Origin: Mobula hypostoma
Lineage: Eukaryota
Reading direction: 5' to 3'
Assembly: GCF_963921235.1 (NCBI RefSeq)
Contig: NC_086097.1
Coordinates: 189,350,001-189,414,000, forward strand
Length of the DNA stretch: 64,000 bases
Position 1 is the stretch's first letter, and every line of letters begins with the position of its first letter. The notes below the pieces were generated by a model. The model had not been told where the DNA came from, made no database searches, and worked only from the letters and a program-made list of their open reading frames with translations. Shown in pieces: positions 25,745 to 37,677 of the stretch. A program made the translations under genes and the position numbers.

Positions 25745-26685
25745 CAAAGATAAGAGCCCCTGGTATTACAGGAAAGATACTAACATGAATTGAAAGTCGA
25801 CTGACTGGCAGGAAGCAAAGAGTGGGAATAAAGGAGGCCTTTTCTGGTTGGCTGCTAGTGACTGATGGTGAACCACAGAGGTTGGTATTGGTACCACTTC
25901 TTTTCACACTATATGTCAACGATATGGATTTCCAAGTTTGCAAATGATAGGTGAAATGGCAAGGTGTTGAGGAAGCAGGAAGTCTGTGAAAGGATTTAAA
26001 CAGATTAAGAGAGTGGGCATAGAAGTGACAGATGGAATTTAGTGTAGGGAGGTGTAGAGTCATGCATTTTGAAAGAAGGAATAAGGACTATTTTCTCAAT
26101 GGGGAGAAAATTCAGAAATCAAAGGTGCAAAGGCTCTTGGAAGTCCTTGTACAGGAGTTCCTAAAGGTTAACTTCCATGTTGAGTCAGTGATAAGAAAGA
26201 CAAATGAAATGTTAGCATGTATTTCAAGAGGACAAGAATATAAAGTAAGGATGTAATGCTGAGGTTTTATGAGGAATTGGTCAGACCACACCAGAGTATT
26301 ATGAGCAGTTCTGAGTCCCTTATATGCTGGCATTGGACAGAGTTCACAGAGATTTACGAGAATGATTCTGGGTTGATAGAGTTAATGGCTCAGAAGTGTT
26401 TGATGCTCTGGGCCTGTACTCGCTAGAATTTAGAAGAATGAGGGGGGAGTCTCGTTGAAACTTATTGAATATTGATAGGCCTAGACAATGTGGAAGTGGA
26501 AAAGACGCTGCCATTAGTGGGAGAGTCTAGGACCAGATTGCATGGCCTGAGGGTTAAAGTACATCCCTTTCGAACAACGAAAAGGAGGAATTTCTTTAGC
26601 CAGAATTTGATAAATTCAGCCATGATGGAATATTGCAGATATGATGAGTCAAATGACATAATTCTGCTCCTATGTCTTATGGTCT
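25745..26685 (+). mobile_element. Degenerate CR1 3' fragment
   Basis: MEFSVGRCRVMHF and GESRTRLHGLRVK...RRNFFSQ. Confidence 0.85.
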
Positions 26686-26774
26686 CCAACTTATCTCAAG
26701 TCTGATTAAAGGCCATGACTTGAAACATTAACTCTTCCCTCTCTCCACAGATGCTGCCCTGACTGGTTGCATCT

Positions 26775-27200
26775 TGGTTTGGTATAGCTATCCAAATGCG
26801 CAGCAACACAAGAAGCTGCAAACAGTAGTAGACTCAGCCCAATACTTCACGGGCACATCTCTGCCCACTATCAGTTGGATCAATAGGAGGAATGCTACAA
26901 GAATGTAATATCTATTATCAAAGATCCTCTCCATATGGGCTACGCCATCTTCTCACAGCTACTGTTAGACAGAAGCCTGAAATCTCACAGCACCAGATTC
27001 AAAAACAGCTACTTCCCTTCAACCACTTGGTTCCCCAATCAGCCTGTACAACCCTTATCACTACCTCAGCGTAGCAAAACAAACAACCATTTCGTATTAC
27101 AGTGGATTTTATCTATTTTTGAGCTAAATAGGTTTTAATTCACATTCTGGTTAATTTAGATTGTGAATATTGTGTATCTGATGCTGTATCCCAAGACACT
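26775..27200 (+). mobile_element. Rex1/Babar 3' tail fragment
   Basis: STRFKNSYFPST C-terminal motif. Confidence 0.65.
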
Positions 27201-27309
27201 TGGCAACATGTCACATTGGTTGAAAGAATAAAAATCCATGGTTTCCAAGGTAGAATGCCAATTTACCTCCAAATATGATTCAGTAGCTGATAGTTTAATG
27301 ACTGGGATC

Positions 27310-28141
27310 GGCAATCGCCTCTGATCTGGGCCGACATTTACGTGCCAGATGGCACCTAATTAATTAGCTTGTTTATTTCAGCATTTTTCTTAAAGATGTG
27401 CTGGGTGCGTCCCGGCCACAGCGGCATTCTTCGCGGCCCGGTATCAGTCTGCGGCCCGGAGGGTGGGGACCACTGAATTATAAGTCACTTATAAGTCAAT
27501 AGCATCATAACATTTTAAGTAATGTTTGGATATTAAACACACAGCACATATTTTCCCCATATGAACATATAAAATCATTGCAACACACCAATATCACTGA
27601 ATCAGTGGGAGCCCTGGGCTTGTTTTCCTGCAACAAGATGTTCCCATCGAGGGGTGATGGGAGACAGCGATACTCGAAGTGGGTTCCTTATGTCCAGTCT
27701 ATTCCGCAATTTAGTTTTCGTTGCATTCATTGCAGAAAACTCCACTTCTCAGTGATATGATGTTGGAAATGGAAGCAACGTTTTCAGTGCTTTCGTAGCT
27801 ATCTCAGCATATTCAGCCTTGACTTTGATCCAGAATGCTGGAAGAGATGTTATGTCAAACATACTTTTCAGCCCACCACCATTTGCAAGCTCGAGGAGTT
27901 GATCTTTTTCCTGTGCTGACTGGGGACATTCACAAATGGGTCAGAGACCCGTTCCTTTGCGTCTTGGGACACTGATGACCTCGCGTGCATTCAAGTTCAA
28001 CAGTGGATGTGACAGGAATGAGGAAAGGTGCAGCTGACTCATATCATTTCATATCGCCAAATCATATCGTTTCCTTGCGGATAGTACATGCTTTGCGGCC
28101 CGATTGCACATGCTTTGCGGCCCGGTGGTTGGGGACCACTG
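27310..28141 (-). mobile_element. Non-autonomous hAT Charlie/Buster-like fragments
   Basis: TIR GGTTGGGGACCACTG at 28127-28141 and a similar TIR at 27461-27475; 27476-28141 is an inverted homologue of 28809-29400. Confidence 0.75.
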
Positions 28142-30013
28142 CTGTAGAGTAGGATTTCACTTTGTTTTGTCCTATTTGTGATATATATGAGGGCCACCCT
28201 CAAAGCGGATCTCCCACCTGGTGAACTGCCTCTCTCACTTTCCACCTCCGATGTTTACGCCACCCTGAGCAGGGTGAATGTACGGAAGGCAGCTGGTCTG
28301 GATGGAATACCTGGCCGTGTGCTCGGAGTCTGTGCAGGGCAGTTGGCTGGGGTCTTCACGGACATTTTTAATCTGTCCCTGGCCCAGGCAGTTGTCCCCA
28401 CAAGCTTCAAGATCGCCACCATCGTGCCAGTGCCGAAGCATTCCACTGCCATGGACCTGAATGACTTCCGTCCAGTTGCACTCACCCCCATCACTGCAAA
28501 GTGCTTTGAGAGACTGGTTCTATCACATCTGAAATCCTGTCTGCCTTCTACCCTGGACCCCCATCAATTTGCCTATCGCACCAACAGGTCAACAGAGGAT
28601 ACCATCTCCGTGACACTTCACTCTGCCCTGACCCACCTAGACAGCTCCAACTTTTACGTCAGAATGCTGTCCATTGACTTTAGTTGCATTCAGTACTGTG
28701 ATCTCTTCCAAGCTGATCACCAAACTTCGCCAGCTTGGTATCAGCTCATCCCTCTGCAATTGGACCTTGGACTTTCTGACTAACAGACCCCAATCAGATA
28801 AGTTAGACCAGTGGTCCCCAACCACCGGGCTGTGGACTGGTACCGGGCCGCAAGACATGCGCTACCGGGCCGCGAGGAAACGATATGAATGGGCGATAGG
28901 AGTCAGCTGCACCTTTCCTCATTCCCTGTTACACCTACTGTTGAGCTTGAACACACGCGAGGTCATTACCCGCGCGTCATCCATGTCAGCGCGGGAAGGA
29001 GATCAACTCCTCAAGCTTGCAAGTGACGGCGGGCTGGAAAGTATGTTTGACATAACATCTCTGCCGGCATTCCGGATCAAAGTCAAGGCTAAATATCCAG
29101 AGATAGTCAGGAAAGCACTGAAAATGTTGCTTCCATTTCCAACATATCTCTGCAATGAATGCAACGAAAACTCAATTGCGGAATAGACTGGACATAAGGA
29201 ACCCCCTTCGAGTATCGCTGTCTCCCATCACCCCTCGATGGCACCGTCTCGTTGCAGGGAAACAAGCCCAGGGCTCGCACTGATTCAGCGATATTGGTGC
29301 GTTGCAATGATTTTATATGTTCATACGGGGAAAATATGCGCTGTGTGTTTGATATCCAAACATTACTTAAAATGTTATGATGCTATTATAAGTGACTTAT
29401 ATAACCATGTAACAATTACGGCATGGAAACAGGCGATCTCGCCCCTTCTAGTCTGTGCCGAATGCTAGTCTCACCTAGTCCCACCGAGCTGCACTCAGCC
29501 CATAACCCTCCATTCTTTTCCTGTCCATATACCCATCCAATTTTTCTTTAAATGATTATATCGAGCCTGCCTCTACCACTTCTACTGGAAGTTGGTTCAA
29601 CAATTCAAGCTCCCCTGTCCTCCCCGATAATTGTCTTATCGCTATATTCATGCGAGGAAAATATGTGGTGTGTTTAATATTAAATTCGTTAGATAAACCC
29701 TTTTAGAAACGAAATTGAGTGTATTGGCCACTTATCACCTATATTCCGGTCGTGATTAACACACCCCCTCGCTGCCGCCAGCAGAATCGGCAAAAACAAT
29801 TTTTAAGATATCGGCATGCAAATGCATGTGCAAGTTACGCATGCGCACTGGTGCCCGCGCAAGGCTTCATGGTCATTGTAGTCTTTCTGGGGGTAAACCC
29901 AACGTATTTGACTGCTAACAACAGGAATTCTGCAGATGCTGGAAATTCAAGCAACACACATAAAAGTTGCTGGTGAACGCAGCAGGCCAGGCAGCATCTC
30001 TAGGAAGAGGTGC

Positions 30014-30049
30014 AGTCGACGTTTCAGGCCGAGACCCTTCGTCAGGACT
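30014..30049 (-). ncRNA. Minimal type I hammerhead ribozyme motif
   Basis: Exact reverse complement of the 36-nt motif. Confidence 0.8.
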
Positions 30050-31940
30050 AACTGAAGGAAGAGTGAGTAAGGGATTTGAAAGTTGGAGGGGGAGGGGGAG
30101 ATCCAAAATGACAGGAGAAGACAGGAGGGGGAGGGATGGAGCCAACAGCTGGACAGGTGATAGGCAAAAGGGATACGAGAAGATCATGGGACAGGAGGTC
30201 CGGGAAGAAAGACAAGGGGGGGGACCCAGAGGATGGGCAACGGGTATATTCAGAGGGACAGAGGGAGAAAAAGGAGAGTGAGAGAAAGAATGTGTGTATA
30301 AAAATAAGTAACAGATGGGGTACGAGGGGGAGGTGGGGCATTAGCGGAAGTTAGAGAAGTCGATGTTCATGCCATCAGGTTGGAGGCTACCCAGACGGAA
30401 TACAAGGTGTTGTTCCTCCAACCTGAGTGTGGCTTCATCTTTACAGTAGAGGAGGCCGTGGATAGACATGTCAGATTAGGAATGGAATGTGGAATTAAAA
30501 TATGTGGCCACTGGGAGATCCTGCTTTCTCTGGCGGACAGAGCGTAGTATACGGTATCTGTCCCCCACTTTTCCTTCGCTACATCGACGACTGCATTGGT
30601 GCTGCTTCCTGCACGCATGCAGAACTCGTTGACTTTATTAACTTTGCCTCCAACTTTCACCCTGCCCTCAAGTTTACCTGGTCCATTTCCGACACCTCCC
30701 TCCCCTTTCTAGATCTTCCTGTCTCTGTCTCTGGAGACAGCTTATCCACTGACGTCTACTATAAGCCTACTGACTCTCACAGCTATCTGGACTATTCCTC
30801 TTCTCAACCTGTCTCTTGCAAAAACGCCATCCCCTTCTCGCAATTCCTCTGTCTCCGCCGCATCTGCTCTCAGGATGAGGCTTTTCATTCTAGGACGAGG
30901 GAGATGTCTTCCTTTTTTAAAGAAAGGGGCTTCCCTTCCTCCACTATCAACTCTGCTCTTAAACGCATCTCCGCCATTTTACGTACATCTGCTCTCACTC
31001 CATCCTCCCGCCACCCTACTAGGAATAGGGTTCCCCTGGTCCTCACCTACCACCCCACCAGCCTCCGGGTCCAACATATTATTCTCCGTAACTTCCGCCA
31101 CCTCCAACGGGATCCCACCATTAAGCACATCTTTCCCTCCCCACTTCTCTCTGCATTCCGCAGGGATCGCTCCCTTCGCAACTCCCTTGTCCATTCGTCC
31201 CCCCCATCCCTCCCCACTAATCTCCCTCCTGGCACTTATCCGTGTAAGCGGAACAAGTGCTACACATGCCCTTACACTTCCTCCCTTACCACCATTCAGG
31301 GCCCCAAACAGTCCTTCCAGGTGAGGCAACACTTCACCTGTGAGTCGACTGGGGTGATGTACTGCGTCCGGTGCTCCTGATGTGGCCTTTTATATATTGG
31401 CGAGACCCGACGCAGACTGGGAGACCGCTTTGCGGAACATCTACGCTCTGTCCGCCAGAGAAATCAGGATCTCCCAGTGGCCACACATTTTAATTCCACA
31501 TCCCATTCCCATTCTGACATGTCTATCCATGGCCTCCTCTACTGTAAAGATGAAGCCACACTCAGGTTGGAGGAACAACATCTTATATTCCGTCTGGGTA
31601 GCCTCCAACCTGATGGCATGAACATCGACTTCTCTAACTTCCGCTAATGCCCCACCTCCCCCTCGCACCCCATCTGTTACTTATTTTTATACACACATTC
31701 TTTCCCTCACTCTCCTTTTTCTCCCTCTGTCCCTCTGAATATACCCGTTGCGCATCCTCTGGGTCCCCCCCCCCTTGTCTTTCTTCCCGGACCTCCTGTC
31801 CCATGATCCTCTTGTATCCCTTTTGCCTATCACCTGTCCAGCTCTTGGCTCCATCCCTCCCCCTCCTGTCTTCTCCTATCATTTTGGATCTCCCCCTCCC
31901 CCTCCAACTTTCAAATCCCTTACTCACTCTTCCTTCAGTT

Positions 31941-31976
31941 AGTCCTGACGAAGGGTCTCGGCCTGAAACGTCGACT
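31941..31976 (+). ncRNA. Minimal type I hammerhead ribozyme motif
   Basis: AGTC-CTGACGA-AGGGTCTCGGCCT-GAAAC-GTC^GACT; predicted cleavage after 31972. Confidence 0.8.
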
Positions 31977-34460
31977 GCACCTCTTCCTACAGATGCTGCC
32001 TGGCCTGCTGCGTTCACCAGCAACTTTTATGTGTATATTTGACTGCTACTCTTGTACGTTGGCAACCCTACCCCCCCCACCCCCGCGGTCGGCCGGTCCG
32101 CAAGAATATTGTCAATATGAAACCGGTCCGCAGTACGAAAAAGGTTGGGGACCCCTGAGTTAGACAAGCTCTCCTCCTCCACTCTCACCCTGAACACCAG
32201 CGTGCCTCAAGGCTGTGTGCTGAGCCCTCTTCTGTACTCCCTTTTCACCTATGACTGCGTTCCTGTACATGGTTCTAACTCCATAATCAAGTTCGCAGAC
32301 GACACCACGGTGGTTGGTCTGATCAGAGGGGATGACGAGATGGCCTACAGGGACGAGGTCCAGCACCTGGCCGCGTGGTGTGCTGACAACAACCTGGCCC
32401 TTAACACCCAAAAGACCAAGGAGATCATTGTGGACTTCAGGCTTGCCAGGAGTCACACTCACGTCCCCATCTACATCAACGGAACTGTAGTGGAGCGTGT
32501 ATCAAGCTTCAAATTCCTTGGTGTCCACATTTCAAGAAAGCTCACCTCTGTCCCAGGATACTGACAGACTTTTACTGCTGTACCATTGAGAGCATACTCA
32601 TCAACTGCATCTCAGTGTGGTATGGCAATTGTCCCGTATCGGACCGCAAAGCACTCCAACGTGTGGTGAAAACTGCCTAGCGAATTATCAGCACCCAGTT
32701 GCCCACCATTGAGAACATCTACCATAAACGCTGCCTGGGCAGGGTGAAAAGCATTATCAGGGATGCATCTCACCCTCACCATGGACTTTTTACTCTCCTC
32801 CCATCCGGTAGCCGCTACAAGAGCCTTCGCTCCCGCACCAGCAGGCACAGGAAGAGCATCTTCCCTGAGGCTGTGACACTGCTGAACCTCTCATCACAGA
32901 CCCAAGCAGTATTGCATCCACATTGTATTGTCTCAGTACTTTTATATTTGTGTGCTATAGCACTTCCTTTTATTCGCAGTTATTTTGTAAATAACACTAT
33001 CCTTTGCATTTCTGGTCAGATGCTAAATGCATTTCACTGGCTTTGTAGCTGTACTCGGCACAATGACAATAAAGTTGAATCTAATCTGATCTAATCTAAT
33101 ATAGGAATAACTCAGACTTAAATGTCAAAGCAACAATGAAATATCTATTGTTACAAAAATTGCACATGTGCTTTAAAGTAAGAAAGTAAGTCTTAATGTG
33201 AATTAAGACAACAGCAGTTTGGCTGGGGGGCAGAAAAGTGGCAAAATCGAATTGAAATACAAAAAGTGACATGCATTTGTGGAAAGCAAAAGGGCCAAGC
33301 TCCTTACATGTTAGGAGTTTGAGAAGTCTAAGGCAGAAGGACTTTCAATTACATGTCCAAAGATCCTAGAAGGCAGGACAGATAGTTAAGATAGTTCAGA
33401 AGGAATAAGGGATATATTTCTTTATTTACTGGAACACAAAATATAAGAGCACTGAGTCACAATAGAAACACATTGTGACCCACATCTGATATATGACACC
33501 AGAGAGGGTTTGAAGAAGTGAAGATAGGGTGAACCTTAGTCATGAAGATTGATTAGATAGGGTTTGATATCTCTGTAACAAAGGAAGCTACAGGCAGCTA
33601 TAACAGAGGGACATAAAACTAAGAGAGACTAAATAGATTAATTAGGAAGAACCTGTTTTCTTCATTTGAGGTCAAAAGGAATGTTAAAAGATTAAAAGCA
33701 TCTGTTACATGGATTTGAGGGAAAGAGGATTTTTCCACTGCAACAGTAGGGGGAATGTGGAATTCACTACTAGAGGAGTGGTGGAAGCAAAAACCCTCAT
33801 AACCCTCATAACATTAGCACTTGAGGAAATGCTGTGATGTAATGTATAAGGTTGTGGGCAAAGAGCTGAAAAGCAAAAAGATCTTTATTTCCAGATATCA
33901 AAGACACACTATACAGTAGCCATATATTTTTCCAGGGCTTAATGCTAGGACAGTATGTTTAACTGCATTAATAATAAAGGATATGATTTCATAATGTATT
34001 GACAAAATAAAATTTGGAAGCATATTAAACAATAAGAAAGATTTCTGGACTCAAGACAGACTTTACAAGAGCTTCTATAATGAAAAGGTAGATGAAATTC
34101 CAGATTAAAATGTGTGAAATGATGCACTTTGATACAAAGAATGACAAAAGGCACATAAAGCAAATTGGACAATTTACAGAAAAGTTCACAATAGAGAGAG
34201 CTTTACACTATTGGAAAAAAACACCAAGGAGGCACATTATTTCAAGATAAATGGTCAGTCATATAAAACAGAGATGCAGAGATTTGTTTTTGCAGGTGGT
34301 GGTGCATCTCTAGAATTTTCTGTGCCAATGGGTTGTGGAGGCTGGATCATTAGCTATACTATAATTTTGTGATTCATTACATCATTGATGTTTCATGCAA
34401 TTCTACAATGGTCACATAAATGTGACATTATTTTTACAAAACACATTATGTAATCAATAC

Positions 34461-34665
34461 CTCCATAGTCTGTTGTTGAAGTCTTTGTGTCTCAGTCTTC
34501 AAAAGTGTCTCTTCAAGAGATTTCAGGACTTTATGTTGCTCCTCCTCAGTACACTTCATCTTTCTTAACTCCTCTGTAAGAGTTCTTACTTTCTTTTTTA
34601 ACTCAGCAACATAAGCTTGTAAGTGGCTTTTGGCTTCTTTCTCCTTCACAAGTAACTCTTTTAGC
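34461..34665 (-). CDS. LRRCC1: LRRCC1 coiled-coil exon
   Basis: ttccag|G acceptor and GAG|gtatt donor; 205 nt, phase 2 to 0. Encodes LKELLVKEKEAKSHLQAYVAELKKKVRTLTEEL...QRLQQQTME. Confidence 0.9.
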
Positions 34666-36867
34666 CTGGAATTATAATTAAAATGGAACAGAAAATCAAA
34701 AGGATAACAGGTTTCATTAACTCTGAACTAATTTTAGAATCACATTGTAGGCTATAATGCACCCAGAGGAAAAATCAAAATATTATATTATATTGAAGGA
34801 AATATACTTATTAAATAAAATTCACCTCATTGACATGCAGTTAATGCATCACTTGAGTAATCAGTTCCAATACATTAAACAGATGCAGCTTTATAATACA
34901 ATATTTGAAAAAATAGAATTATCAATGCCATTTTCAAAAACAAAAATGTAACATATAAAGAAATGTTATAGGCATTTTCTTATATCCAAAACAAAAATCC
35001 CAACTATTTTATTAAGTGTGATTCAGCGATTGCGAATTATTTTTGTGAAACATTTGTTATTATTCCGTATAGAATGTGTTCAAAATATTTTCTTTCAGTG
35101 CTCATTTGGTGTATAAATTTTCAACAATGTCCTATCAGTGTAATGAGGTATATTCAAATAGCATCAATAATTAAACAATACTGTATTCTGTAGGCAGAAT
35201 GCTAGACAACATTAATGGATTTATTTCTTCGTAGTAATTTTGGATATAAATCTCGCTGACAAAAGTAACAAAAATGTTTTAAATTAACAAAAATATTCAG
35301 AATTCTATTCTTTGGGGTGTTTCAAAATATAATTTTCCCCCAATTTATATATGCTTACAACCATTTATTAGTACCAACAAAAAATATAAACCATAATAAA
35401 TAGTTAAAGTAAAATAAATATTTAACTGCCTATAATAACCCTGCTTCCCAAATGCATTATACAACAGATTGGCTCATTTATCAAGGCTTTGATGACAAGG
35501 CACTGTGCTATTACAGAAACACAGAAAGAAAATATTTTGAACACATTCCATACTGAATCACAACAAAGCTCCATTAATAAAGTAATTGAAACACTGAATC
35601 ATCTGTTTAAAAATATTTGGTTTTCAATGATACAAGGTCATAAAATATATTATTTTCTCCACTGATTATATCTCCTTCGAAAAGCACTTTCATGATAATC
35701 GAATATGATACTGTTCTTAGTCATTACAGAAAAAAGGCAAAGCAGATGTTAAAAATGAGCTTAAGAGCTACAGAGATGTAAAAGAAAATGTGTCCAATAA
35801 ACTGTTTCTCCAATTCAAAACTAAGTGGATTAACAAAATAACATGCACTAAATGCACTAGGTCCATTCAATTTTGAAATACAGAACACTGAAACAGTACT
35901 GTGACTGAACTTCAAAGAAAAAAGCCTACATTGAATTAAAATAGCAATTTTTAACAGTATTGCTATTATAAAATATTAGTTTAAAAAAAGTCCTAGTTCA
36001 ATACTTTCTCAACTGACACGTTCAAATATAGAACTGAATTAATGTTTGAAAGGGTGCAAAATTTTCATTAGAAAATTTCATCTGACAGAAGAACACAGGC
36101 AGTTGGAGGTTCCGTTCAAACACAACTGTTGCAATACCAATATGTCTAAAATGTGATCTAAATTAAAGAGAATGGTAGTTGATAATAAGACCATAAGATA
36201 TTGGAGCAAAATTAGGCCACAGCCTATCGACTTTGCTCTGCCATTTCATTATGGTTTATCCATTTTTCCTCTCAGCCCGTCTCCTGTTTTCTCCCTACAT
36301 CCCTGACCAGTCAAGAATCTATCAAACTCTGCCTTAAATATACATAAAGATTTTGCCTCCACAGCTGCCTGTGGCAATAAATTCCACAGATTCATCACTC
36401 TCTAGCTGATAGCTCGAACCAGTCTTATCCTGTGATGGGTAGTGAAGAATAAAGTGCTGTCCTTAAAAGTAAACGCAAGTGATAGATAATTCTCATCCAT
36501 CAATTAGAAACATTACTGACATTCAAATAGAAGATGAGGATAAGAGTATGGAAGGAGCACAGAGAAAGAAGGAAAGAGACACTGGGAGATGATGAAACAA
36601 AGTCAAGGGGACAAACAAATTATTCTAGGACCATTGGGCAATCATTAACTAGCTGCTCTCAAATTGTGGCTTTTGTGAAAGTCTGTCAAAACTCATTAGG
36701 TCTGCTGCACCCGCAGTGGCAGGCTCGCACAGGGCATTTGTATACCACAGCACAAAGTTATCAGTGTTGGCAGTCTACCATGGACTACGACTACCCAGAT
36801 GAACTTAAGAGCTGAGTCAGAGTTTAATAGACCTGGCAGCCTGATTCCAACCAAGCAGGCAGGAATG

Positions 36868-37677
36868 GGAGGGGGAGGGGGAGATCCAAAATGATAGAAG
36901 ACAGGAGGGGGAGGGATGGAGCCAAGAGCTGGACAGGTGATTGGCAAAAGGGATATGAGAGGATCATGGGACAGGAGGTCCTGGGAGAAAGTAGGGTGAT
37001 ATACTGCGTCCGTTGCTCCCGATGTGACCTTCTATATATTGGCGAGACCCGACGCGGACTGGGAGATCGTTTCACTGAACACCTACGCTCTGTCTGCCAG
37101 AGAAAGTAGGATCTCCCAGTGGCCACACATTTTAATTCCACGTTCCATTCACATTCTGATATGTCTATCCATGGCCTCCTCTACTGTAAAGATGAAGCCA
37201 CACTCAGACTGGAGGAACAACACCTTATATTCCGTCTGGGTAGCCTCAAACCTGATGACATGAACATTGACTTCTCAAACTTCCGCTAATGCCCCACTTT
37301 CCCCTCGTCCTCCATCCATTATTTATTTATATACACACATTATTTTTCTCTCTCTCCATTTTCCTCCCTCTGTCCCTCTCACTATACCCCTTGCCCATCC
37401 TCTGGGTTTCCCCCCCTCCCCCTTTTCTTTCTCCCAGGGTCTCCTGTCCCATGATCCTCTCATATCCCTTTTGCCAATCAACTGTCCAGCTCTTGGCTCC
37501 ATCTCTCCCCCTCCTGTCTTCTCCTATCATTTTGGATCTCCCCCTCCCCCTCCCACTTTCAAATCTCTTACTAGCTCTTCTTTCAGTTAGTCCTGACGAA
37601 GGGTGTTGGCCCGAAATGTCGACTGTACCTCTTTCTAGAGATACTGCCTGGCCTGCTGTGTTCACCAGCAACTTTGA
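36868..37677 (+). mobile_element. Penelope-like 3' fragment (GIY-YIG plus pLTR) with a short inverted arm
   Basis: VIYCVRCSRCDLLYIGETRR; mutated hammerhead at 37589-37624 (GAAAT instead of GAAAC). Confidence 0.9.

Larger units (their letters stand above)
29918..32035 (+). mobile_element. Young Neptune-type PLE, 5'-truncated, with inverted pLTR
   Basis: 13-bp TSD TATTTGACTGCTA at 29905-29917 and 32036-32048. ORF includes RYIDD, LPFLD, VYYKPTDSHSYL, a Cys-rich linker and GIY-YIG. Inverted arm spans about 29918-30547. Confidence 0.95.
28809..32157 (+). mobile_element. Non-autonomous hAT Charlie/Buster-like transposon containing nested insertions
   Basis: TIRs CAGTGGTCCCCAACC / GGTTGGGGACCCCTG; 8-bp TSD AGTTAGAC at 28801-28808 and 32158-32165; transposase C-terminal remnant YPEIVRKALKMLLPFPTYLC. 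Confidence 0.92.
28190..33100 (+). mobile_element. Rex1/Babar LINE split by a hAT element
   Basis: RT reads ...[12 protein letters not shown] then, after the insertion, KLSSSTLTLNTSVPQGCVLSPLLY...KFADDTTVVG; (AATCT)n tail at about 33078-33100. Confidence 0.92.

Noticed and set aside
36684..36867. GC-richer segment left of the PLE
   Set aside because: No recognisable motif, splice-compatible exon or TSD, so it cannot be assigned.
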